Assembly (NCBI GenBank): GCA_963770835.1
Contig: CAVYRH010000004.1
Coordinates: forward strand, 192,001 to 256,000
DNA: 64,000 bases
Direction: 5' to 3'
From: an uncultured Pseudomonadota bacterium
GTDB taxonomy: Bacteria > Oederibacteriota > Muellerivitia > Muellerivitales > Muellerivitaceae
The position numbers and the translations under genes were made by a program. This document shows, one piece after another, positions 10,361 to 19,400 of the stretch (its first letter is position 1; each line of letters starts with the position of its first letter). The notes beneath the pieces were generated by a model, which searched no databases, was not told the origin of the DNA, and saw nothing but the letters and a program-made list of their open reading frames with translations.

Positions 10361-10647
10361 AAAATTTCAGAAGCCCTGATCTTGAATCGGCCATCCACTG
10401 GCGTCCCTGGTCGGTGGCCATCGTCCTGGCAATCTTCCTCGCTGTTTTTTCCCTCACCGAGTTCAACCTGCTTCAATGGTCTTTTTCAATTGAATTGGGC
10501 TGTGCCGTATTGTTCGTCTCAGCGGGATGGAATATCTACGTCCTGCTGCGGGCTCGATCGGGCGGGAAGCCGGGCTTGAATCCCGAAATCGCCGACGGCC
10601 TTCTTCTCGTAGGACTGATTTTGGTTTTCCTCGGAGCGTTTTTTTAA
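10336..10647 (+). CDS. Small membrane protein (about 3 TM); start uncertain
   Basis: Three hydrophobic segments; fills the gap between sdhB and the convergent gene. Confidence 0.5.
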   Translation: MEQGVRKIKNFRSPDLESAIHWRPWSVAIVLAIFLAVFSLTEFNLLQWSFSIELGCAVLFVSAGWNIYVLLRARSGGKPGLNPEIADGLLLVGLILVFLGAFF

Positions 10648-10704
10648 AACGAAGTTTGGGCTTCGTGGCCCTATGGGCGGGACCGGGGAGCCGCCACAGG
10701 CGGA

Positions 10705-12015
10705 CTAAACCTTCGCCGCGTTCAAGTCGGCGCAAAGAATGTAAAAGTCTCCCGTCGGATCCCCTACCACCATGGCCACAGTGACGCAGAGATGGCCGGA
10801 ATTCATCGATAAGTAAGGATCGGTGAGGTAGCGATGTTGGGTGGGGGTTGAAAGAAGGGCGTAGTAAATCTCCCTCAATGAGTGATCGCTGCCCTTGGGC
10901 GAGGGGTGAAAAAGGATGCCCTTGCGCTCGGGAATGTGGTATTGACTGCAAAGGGTCTCGGTGACTTGGATTCCCTCAGCGTTCAAAAGATAAAGGCACT
11001 CCAGTGATTGGAAATGAGGGAAAAGGGAAGGAAGTTCCGCCTCCCAATCCTCAACTGGCTTATTCGGAAGGCAGGCGGCGAGGGCCTCGGCGACCAACGC
11101 ACAACGGTTTTTCAGGCCCCGATCCTTATTGGCTTTTCCGGTCATTCGGCGCTTAAACCGGGAGGCCAGGAACTGCATGCGGGATTTTCGGTTGAGCATG
11201 AAGATTGTGTTTTTTTTGTAATTCTTGGAAAAATACCGGCCCTGGACCAAGTCGGTCCCAAACTCCAGGGCCACCAAGGCATCTTCCTCACTCTCGATCC
11301 CGCTCGCAACCACCAAAATGCCCAGCGAATGGGCTCTTTTCAAAATGTTCATGAAAATCGCCTGTTTCTCCTTGCTGTTCGCCAGACCCCGGACCAGGCT
11401 TTCCTTCACCTTCACCATGTCGGGGTTGAGCCGCAGGAGAATGTCCAGGTGCTGGGGGCTGCTGGTGACATCCTTGAGGGAGACCAGGAAACCGTAACCA
11501 CGCTGGCTTTCCGCGAATTTCCATATTGATTGAAAGTCCGCTTGACCTGTAAGGGCGATTTGCACCACGATCCGGCGGGGATCGAGGGACCACTCGGCGG
11601 CTTGCCGGAACCAATGGCCGGGTTCTTCCAGGGACTCCTCTAAGACGGAAGGTTCGGCATCCATGAACATCAGCAAATGCGGCGCCTGGGACTGGAGGGG
11701 GAAAAAAGTTTCAAGGGAATTTTGTAAGAAAAGGCGTTCCAGGGGCAGCCGAAGGTGGGAATCTGCCACGGTCATGGAACGGAATAGGTCCTCGGGTTCG
11801 AATAAACGGCTGGGGTCATCCGGATCCACGGCCCGGCGAACAGCCTCCAGGCCGATCACGCTCATTTTTTGAACCGATAGGAGGGGTTCGAAAAGGCAAG
11901 TGACGCTGCGCTGGTCTAAAATGTAAAAAGGATGGATGGGATAGGCGGCAACCAAGGCCTCTTCCAAAACTTCGTCCTTGCTTAAATCCTCCAGCTTCGG
12001 CAGTTCCAAAATCAT
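10705..12015 (-). CDS. Degenerate EAL-domain protein with C-terminal YkuI_C/Cache-like domain
   Basis: FEPL..EAVRR, QGRYFSK retained; DDFG replaced by KDVT, EGVE by SGIE; C-terminal YLL..EGIQ...DHSLR..Y...TDPYLS..SG..CVT. Confidence 0.8.
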   Translation of the reverse strand: MILELPKLEDLSKDEVLEEALVAAYPIHPFYILDQRSVTCLFEPLLSVQKMSVIGLEAVRRAVDPDDPSRLFEPEDLFRSMTVADSHLRLPLERLFLQNSLETFFPLQSQAPHLLMFMDAEPSVLEESLEEPGHWFRQAAEWSLDPRRIVVQIALTGQADFQSIWKFAESQRGYGFLVSLKDVTSSPQHLDILLRLNPDMVKVKESLVRGLANSKEKQAIFMNILKRAHSLGILVVASGIESEEDALVALEFGTDLVQGRYFSKNYKKNTIFMLNRKSRMQFLASRFKRRMTGKANKDRGLKNRCALVAEALAACLPNKPVEDWEAELPSLFPHFQSLECLYLLNAEGIQVTETLCSQYHIPERKGILFHPSPKGSDHSLREIYYALLSTPTQHRYLTDPYLSMNSGHLCVTVAMVVGDPTGDFYILCADLNAAKV

Positions 12016-12062
12016 GTCTCAACCTCCCCGATCCTTCGTTAAGCTGACCCAGGGCTTGAATG

Positions 12063-12079
12063 TGCAATGGATATGCCAA
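12063..12079 (-). promoter_or_regulatory. Sigma-54 (-24/-12) promoter of the EAL gene
   Basis: Minus strand TTGGCATATCCATTGCA fits TGGCAY-N5-TTGCW with exact GG-N10-GC spacing, about 50 bp upstream of the ATG. Confidence 0.75.
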
Positions 12080-12463
12080 GAAAAACATTATGAAGAAATC
12101 GTTTGTCGGATCTTCAACGAGGACAATTCCGTGGATCCCAAAGGACCGTGAAGTTTGCGGAGTTTAAAATTTTGAAAGTAAAATCGTTTGGCTTGTCGGA
12201 AAGGAAACAATGAAGGGATTTTTCATAAAACTGAAACGTTATCAGAGGAAATTATTCAAGATTTGAAAAGATTTTAGGCGGGCCGCCGAATATTTATACA
12301 TCCGTCAGATTAATTCGCCTAGGAAGCGGCTGAATTATAGGTCTATTTGTTCCACCCCGTGACGGGAAATCGGGAACAGGCTGAAATTTTTTAATATTAA
12401 AATTTGGACCGAAAAAATTTTGAAGAAAACCCTAGTGAGTCTTCCGGGGGATTTTAAATCCGG

Positions 12464-13744
12464 CTAAGGGCGGAGGTTGGCTCCGGACCGGTAAACCGAA
12501 ATACTCCTCAATGGTTTGCCATCCTTGTAAAAAATAACAAAATACTTCCCGATGGGCATGTCCCGTCCCTGGTTGTCCTTACCGTCCCAAGTCACCCAAC
12601 TTTCCCCTTCACCAACGATCTTCTTATCAAAAATCAGCCGCAAGGGATCGCCCCTTTCGTTCACTACCTCAAGTTGGTATCGCCCGGCGCCGTCCTCAAA
12701 GGTCACGTAAATCTCGACCGGGGGGGTTTGAAAAACAATGGCTTGCGCCTTCACCAAGGGGAGAAGCCAGGTGGGGATGGGCGTGGGTTTTGGTGGGACG
12801 GGCGGCGGAACGGGCGTCCAAAGGGCGTGGTGTAGGGGAGTCCAAGTGGGGGTGGGACGCACCCAAACGTAAGTAGATGTGGGTCGGACCCTCACCCGCC
12901 GCACTGTGGGGACCGCCCGCACCGGCCTGGGGGTCGGAAGGGGTGTCGGGGTAGCGCGGCGCCGGGGCCGGAGGGTAGGCGTAGGAGAAGGTGGCAAAGG
13001 CGTTGGAGTCCATGTTGGAATCGCTGTTGGAATGAAGGTGGGCGTGAAAGTCTTGGTAGGGGTGAAAACTACGATGGGCGTCGCGGTGGGAACCCAAGCG
13101 GGCAGTTGGGCGATCTGGCGCCAATAAAGGATGCCGCAGGCGCTGGTGGGCCCCGACCCAACGGCGGCACCGTCATAGGAAACATAGTGAATGACGAAGC
13201 CGGTTAAGGCGTCGGTGATCTGGGCGCAAGTCCATGTAGTGGTGGTGACAGGCTCTCCGGTCAGGGTGAAGGGATTGGAAGCCGGGTTGTAATTCAAATC
13301 CGTCCAGCTATTTCCCCGGGGGTCCACAGGCGGTGGAGCGCCTAGGCCACATTTGGAACCCCCCGTGGGGTCCCAATAAAGGGAAACCCCCGACTTGGCG
13401 GGGTTTTCATTGTTAACCACGAAAGGTTTGCCGCCCGCGCAGTCCACCTCCAACTCCCAGGAGCTGAAAACCAGCACGGGATTGACGTTGGTGGTCTTAA
13501 GGGCCAGGCAAACCTGGGGGCCCCTGAGCATGGGAAGGGGGACATCCACGCACAAACTTTCCGGTTTGCAGCCGGTGCTCAGGTTGCAATAATCCTTGGA
13601 GCCCAGGAAGGATCCGTTCAACCAAACCAAGGTGGTGTCGTCACCCGACACGCAAACCCGAGCGCTGACCGGCGCGCATTGGCCCAAAACGTAAAGAGGC
13701 CGCATCAGGCCTGTAAGAAGGACAATCCATAGGAATTTTTTCAC
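12464..13744 (-). CDS. Secreted protein: Cys-rich N-terminal domain, Pro/Thr/Arg linker, C-terminal FlgD-Ig-like domain
   Basis: GTG start giving MKKFLWIVLLTG signal peptide; WDGKDNQGRDMPIGKYFV FlgD-Ig signature. Confidence 0.8.
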   Translation of the reverse strand: MKKFLWIVLLTGLMRPLYVLGQCAPVSARVCVSGDDTTLVWLNGSFLGSKDYCNLSTGCKPESLCVDVPLPMLRGPQVCLALKTTNVNPVLVFSSWELEVDCAGGKPFVVNNENPAKSGVSLYWDPTGGSKCGLGAPPPVDPRGNSWTDLNYNPASNPFTLTGEPVTTTTWTCAQITDALTGFVIHYVSYDGAAVGSGPTSACGILYWRQIAQLPAWVPTATPIVVFTPTKTFTPTFIPTAIPTWTPTPLPPSPTPTLRPRRRATPTPLPTPRPVRAVPTVRRVRVRPTSTYVWVRPTPTWTPLHHALWTPVPPPVPPKPTPIPTWLLPLVKAQAIVFQTPPVEIYVTFEDGAGRYQLEVVNERGDPLRLIFDKKIVGEGESWVTWDGKDNQGRDMPIGKYFVIFYKDGKPLRSISVYRSGANLRP

Positions 13745-14209
13745 GGGTCCCCTTGGGTGAAGTTCTATTCTATCTGACTGATTCGCGCTGGGAGCTGAAG
13801 AAACAAAGAAACGCTGAAAGTTGTGGCAACTTTGAAAACGCTTCTGCGTTGGGTGTGGATGTTTTGTTTCGTGCGGCTTTGGAAGTAAAAGGGGAAATGA
13901 AATGCGGAAACATTCGAAGGCATCCCTCAAAGTTATCCCCGAAGTTGACGAAGACCCTGGCTTTCAATAATGGAAACGTCGTGTTGTGGTATGTACCAAT
14001 GGGATGACTGAAAGCGCCAGGAAAGGAGTCCAAAACCGCTCTAAAAAGTCCACCGGGGCGGTTTAATATTAAGATTGGGTTATTTTCGGCCAAAATCGGG
14101 GGCTTTTAACCGGGGTTATCCATCCGTGTAACTCCACAGAAATCTCCTACCTACATAGTCCTCCCGCCGCATCCGTTAAGCCGCACCATAACCACTCGGG
14201 AGGCCATTT

Positions 14210-15703
14210 GTGGAAATATTCGGGCAACATTTAGGTTTGGGGCATGTTATTTTCCTACTTTTCGCGTTGGGGTTGGCGCTCAGCTTCGAGTTCGTCAACG
14301 GCTTCCACGATACAGCCAACGCCGTGGCCACTGTCATTTACACCCATACGTTGAAACCTTGGATCGCGGTGGTCTGGTCCGGCTTGTGGAACCTCACGGG
14401 CGTTTTGACTTCCAGCGGCATGGTGGCCTTCGGGGTCATCGCCCTTTTACCCGTGGAATTGGTTATCCACGTAGGTTCGGCCCCGGGCTTCGCCATGGTC
14501 TTCTCCCTGCTCATTTCCGCCATTATCTGGAACGTGGGCACCTGGTATTTCGGCCTTCCGGCCTCCAGCTCCCACACTCTCATCGGTTCCATTATGGGTG
14601 TGGGTCTGGCCAACGCCATGATGTCCCCCGGCCATGTTTTCGGTGAGGGGGTCAACTGGGCCAAAGCCAAGGATGTCGGGATGGCACTTCTCGTCTCCCC
14701 GATTGTCGGTTTTGTCTGCGCGGGCCTGCTTCTTTTGATCTTCAAGGCGCTTATCAAGCGAAAAGACCTTTACGAATCCCCCAAAAAAGACGCTCCACCC
14801 CCCCTCTGGATTCGAATCCTTCTCATTCTTACTTGTACGGGAGTCAGCTTCTCCCACGGTTCCAACGACGGTCAAAAGGGTATGGGACTCATCATGCTGA
14901 TCCTTATCGGCGTAGTCCCGGCCACCTTCGCGGTTAACCTAGACACCAGCCAGCAGGCCCTCCTGGATCTCGCAGCCACCACCCAAACCATCTCCTTCCA
15001 AATGGACAAGCACTCCCCCGGCGCGGCCATGGCGGGCGGCCCGGTGGCGGACCAGATGATTTCCGACTACATTAAAGCCTCGGGCAAAATTTCAAATGAC
15101 ACCTTCGCTGCCATCGGAACCAAATGCAGGGAAATTTCCGCCGAATTGGAAGGTAAGAAAAGCCTGAATGAACTCTCGGAAGACGGCCGCAGGGGCCTGC
15201 GAAATGACCTTTACCTGACATCGGAAGCCTTAGGCAAAGCTTTGAAACAGAACTTGTTGACCGATCCAGCAGAACAAAAGTCGGTTAAGGATCTGAAAGG
15301 ACACATGGACAAACTCACTAAGTTCATCCCGGTCTGGGTGAAATTCGCCGTGGCCTTGGCTCTGGGATTGGGGACCATGATCGGCTGGAAGCGCATCGTG
15401 GTGACGGTGGGCGAAAAAATCGGGAAAGCCCATTTGACCTATGCACAAGGGGCCTCGGCAGAACTGGTGGCCTTTGCCACCATTCAAGCGGCGGACATTT
15501 GGGGCCTACCTGTCAGTACAACCCATATCCTCTCTTCCGGCATCGCCGGCACCATGGCGGCCAACCGGTCGGGGTTGCAGTCGAAGACCCTGATGAATAT
15601 TCTCATGGCCTGGGTCCTCACCCTGCCGGTTTGTATGCTCCTGGGTGGCGCTATCTTCGCCTTCACCTTGAACGTGGTTTTCCACGCGTTTGGGATTAAA
15701 TAA
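14210..15703 (+). CDS. pitA: Inorganic phosphate transporter, PiT family
   Basis: NGFHDTANAVAT, PASSSHTLIGS, HGSNDGQKGMG, PVSTTH. Confidence 0.93.
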   Translation: MEIFGQHLGLGHVIFLLFALGLALSFEFVNGFHDTANAVATVIYTHTLKPWIAVVWSGLWNLTGVLTSSGMVAFGVIALLPVELVIHVGSAPGFAMVFSLLISAIIWNVGTWYFGLPASSSHTLIGSIMGVGLANAMMSPGHVFGEGVNWAKAKDVGMALLVSPIVGFVCAGLLLLIFKALIKRKDLYESPKKDAPPPLWIRILLILTCTGVSFSHGSNDGQKGMGLIMLILIGVVPATFAVNLDTSQQALLDLAATTQTISFQMDKHSPGAAMAGGPVADQMISDYIKASGKISNDTFAAIGTKCREISAELEGKKSLNELSEDGRRGLRNDLYLTSEALGKALKQNLLTDPAEQKSVKDLKGHMDKLTKFIPVWVKFAVALALGLGTMIGWKRIVVTVGEKIGKAHLTYAQGASAELVAFATIQAADIWGLPVSTTHILSSGIAGTMAANRSGLQSKTLMNILMAWVLTLPVCMLLGGAIFAFTLNVVFHAFGIK

Positions 15704-15844
15704 GGCTCGAAAATTCTCTTGAAATCCGGGTCGAGGGGGAAAAAAGGGCGCGGGAAGGACCCGAAAGCCTCTCCACGCCTCAGCCTGGCGGGGCAGGCGA
15801 TTAACTTCATTTCCTTGGTGGAGCATCTCCCTTACGGCGCCAGC

Positions 15845-16072
15845 ATGCTACAGGAAAAAAAGGTAGCACGGGGCGCCATGGGTTTTGGAATCCTGGTCAT
15901 GGCCGTTGGGGCCGCCATCTTTACCATCGGCTGGTGGCAAAAATGGACCTGGCTCGTCGAGACCGCTTTTTTTATCACGTTGGTAGGCTGGATGATGGTC
16001 ATCCTGGGGTTCGCCTTCGGTGTAGTGGGATGGGCCGCCCGGACCCTCCCATTTAAAATCCGTGGGAAATAA
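15845..16072 (+). CDS. Small 2-TM membrane protein
   Basis: Two long hydrophobic helices with a basic C-terminus. Confidence 0.55.
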   Translation: MLQEKKVARGAMGFGILVMAVGAAIFTIGWWQKWTWLVETAFFITLVGWMMVILGFAFGVVGWAARTLPFKIRGK

Positions 16073-16185
16073 AAGAAAATTGACCTCAGCCTTGAACCCG
16101 TTGATTGAGAGGCCCCAACATCCTTAGCCGGCAAGGGATGGTGTTATAATGGACCTTCTATTGATCTTGTGAGAGGCCCATCTGC

Positions 16186-16413
16186 TTGAAAAAGAGACTC
16201 CACATAACCCTGTTTTTTAGCGCAACTGCCCTTTTGATGGGTTTGCAATCCTGCAACACCAACAACAATAACCCAACGGTCCCCGCGCCTTTGCCGACGA
16301 ATACCTCGACTTTTACCGTTACTCCCACCCACACGATCACGAATACCCCTACCCCTAGGCCCACCCATACCCCAACCCAAACTCCGACCTCCACTCCCAC
16401 CGCGACCCCTTAA
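16186..16413 (+). CDS. Mini-lipoprotein consisting only of a Thr/Pro stalk
   Basis: GAGAGG RBS, TTG start, signal peptide with lipobox LQSC, then (TP)n; TGTTATAAT extended -10 at about 16142. Confidence 0.65.
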   Translation: MKKRLHITLFFSATALLMGLQSCNTNNNNPTVPAPLPTNTSTFTVTPTHTITNTPTPRPTHTPTQTPTSTPTATP

Positions 16414-16495
16414 ATTTAAATAAGGCGCGCATCGCCAACCTTTTCTCCCTAAACCCCATCTGACGGAACTTTTTAAAGGCCACCCCATCCCCGGC

Positions 16496-19400
16496 TTAGT
16501 GACGGACTAGCAGCTTGGCGGTTTTATAGCCCACATGCCCATTGGGCCCCTCCACGTCCACGACCGCGATATACAGCCCGCTGGCCATTCCTCCCGCGTT
16601 CCAAACCGCCTGATCCGCTCCAGTGCTCCCTTGGGTAGTCCCCACCAGTTCACCGGCCACGTTGTAAACCCGCACTTTGAGGGTGAATCCCTGGGTTGAA
16701 TTCACCGTGAAGACCGCCGTAGTTTGCCCTCCCGCCAGCACATTGGGCTCCACCAGCAGTTGCCCGGGGACCATTCCCCTTGAGCCGTCCATCACTGATA
16801 CCTGGCGAGTGACAACCTGGTCATTGGGCCCGCTCAGCCAGGAAGCTTCCACGTAGTATTGGCCGTTCGTCACCATGCCGCCCTGGTCATTGGTGCCGTC
16901 CCAAACCAATGTCACGCTTCCGCCGGAAACAGACACATTGATGGTGATTTGCGACGATGAGGTGGAAGAGGCCGAGACGACACCGGGCGCGACCGTATTG
17001 GAGGATAAGTCCAAGGACTGGATGGTGCTGTTGGAGTTCGACACGATTCCCTGGTAGAGGTGTTTCACGATCTCACCGGCCTCGTTATAAACGGCGACTG
17101 AAAGGGTGGAGAGGGAGCGGTTGACGCTGACGTTCTGGGTGACGGAGGTGACAACACCCAAAGAATCGGTGCTTTGGACCTTGATGAAATACTGGCCGCT
17201 GGTGACCTCCGTGCCATTCTGGGCCGTGCCATCCCAGGAAGCCACCGTCGCATCGAGGATGGAGACGGAAGTGGAAGAAACCTGGTTGGTCAAGGACATG
17301 GAGGAGAGTTGGAAGGAGGAGATGGTTTGGGCGAAGTTCTGGACCAGGAGGGTTTTCACCAGTTCACCCGCCGAATTGTAGACGGCGACCTGGACGGTGA
17401 TGGGGAAAATTACCGTCACCGGCGCGGTGACGGACTGGGGCTGTCCTCCCGTCTCTTGCACCTGGGCGTTGTTGAGGAGGACGGTTTGTTCCACCAGGCT
17501 GGAAGAAATGGTCACGGTGTAGGGAAGCTGGTAGACGCCGGGGGCCAGGGAAGGGAAGGCCCAGGTGAGGACGGGGCCGGTTTGACCCATGGTTTCGCCC
17601 GCCACGGCAGGCGAGGGTTGGCCCATCCCCGCGAAAACCACCTGCGCGGGCAGGGTATCCGTAACTTGGACGTTGGAGGCTGTGGAACCCGAGACGGTCA
17701 GCAGGATCCGGTAAACCACGGTATCACCGGGATGGGCTGTGGTTTCGGAAGCGATCTTTTGGATTTGGATTCCCGGAGTGGGGGTCGCCGTGTTGGTGGG
17801 CGTGGAGGTATAGGTGGAAGTGGGAGTGAAAGTGAAGGTGAGGGTCGGTGTAAAGGTGTCAGTGGAAGTGGGCGTAAGCGTAGTGGTGGAGGTCGGTGTA
17901 AAGGTCGATGTCCGGGTGGGCGAGTCCGTCGGCGTCGAGGTGGCGGTCATGGTTGGCGTAAGGGTGGGTGTGGAGGTGTCCGTAACCGTCGCGGTTGGGG
18001 TCGCGGTGAAGGTTGAGGTTAAGGTGGATGTGACGGTGGCCGTTGGCGTGGCAGTCGAGGTCAAGGTAGCGGTGGAGCTGGGGGTGAAAGTTGGGGTGGC
18101 CGTAGGAGTGGCCGTTTCCGTAGACGTGAAAGTGAGGGTGGGCGTGGAAGTCGCCGTAAAGGTGGGCGTGGCGGTGGGCGTAGAAGAAGGCGTGGTGGTG
18201 GGGGAATTCGTCGGCGTATCCGTGGGAGTGGAGGTGGGCAGGGGGGTTGTGGTATTCGTGGGCGTGTTGGTGGCCGTGGCGGTGGAAGTGTTGGTGGGAG
18301 TTAAGGTGGGTGTGGAGGTCGGCGTCGCGGTCGCAGTGGATGTGGGAGTGGCTGTGGGGGTGTAAGAGGGGGTTGGGGTCATCGTGCTAGTGGGGGTGGC
18401 CGTCGGGGATGGGGTCGGGGTATGGGTGACGGTATTCGTGGCAGTGGCTGTCGCAGTGTTGGTCGGAGTTAAAGTCGGCGTCGTGGTCGCCGTGAAAGAA
18501 GGTGTCGAAGAAGGCGTAGGCGTGGGGGTATTCGTCGGCGTATTCGTGGGGGTGGAGGTGGGCAGAGGGGTTGTGGTGTTCGTGGGCGTGTTGGTGGCCG
18601 TGGCGGTGGAAGTGTTGGTGGGAGTTAAGGTGGGTGTAGAAGTCGGAGTCGCTGTGGCGGTGGAAGTGGGGGAATCCGTGGGGGTACGGGTAGCTGTCAG
18701 TGTCGTGGTGTTCGTCGGAGTGGCCGTCGGGGACGGGGTAGGGGTGTTGGTGGCGGTATTTGAAGGGGTATTGGTCGCGGTAAAGGTGGAAGTCATCGTT
18801 GCCGTGGAAGTGGCCGTGGAAGTGGGCGTGGAGGAAGGCGTGGCGGTGGGGGAATTGGTCGGCGTATTCGTAGGGGTGGAGGTGGGGATGGGCGTTGTGG
18901 TGTTTGTGGCCGTCGGGGTAGCTGTGGCAGTGGCGGAACTGGTCGGGGTCAGGGTGGCCGTGGCGGTTGAAGTATTCGTCGGCGTGTTGCTCGGCGTGTT
19001 GGTTGGTGTGTTCGTCGGGGTGGCCGTAGGGCTGTTGGAAGGGGTTGGGGTGGGCGTGTTGGTCGGAGTGTTGGTGGGCGTATTGGTCGTGGTGGCTGTG
19101 GGGGTGTTGGTGGGTGTATTGGTGGGAGTGTTGGGCAGGGTGTTGGTCGGAGTGTTGGTGGGGGTATTGGTTGGAGTGGCCGTGGGGGTGTTGGTTGGCG
19201 TTAAAGTCGGCGTATTGGTGGGGGTTGGGGTATCGGTGACTGTCGGCGTGTCCGTGGGCGTGGCCGAGGGGGTGTTGGTGGGCGTGCAGGTGTATCCCAC
19301 GTTATTGGTCACGGCGTTGGATAAGAGAGTGGAAGGCTGGGTCTCAAAATTTTCCTCCTCGGCGATATTGGTCACAACCCCGGAACAGGTTCCCGCCGGC

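Noticed and set aside
12200..12260. GGAAACAATGAAG resembling the start of a c-di-GMP-II riboswitch near the EAL gene
   Set aside because: Wrong strand for the gene and lacks the GGGCAC/GTGCAACC pseudoknot elements
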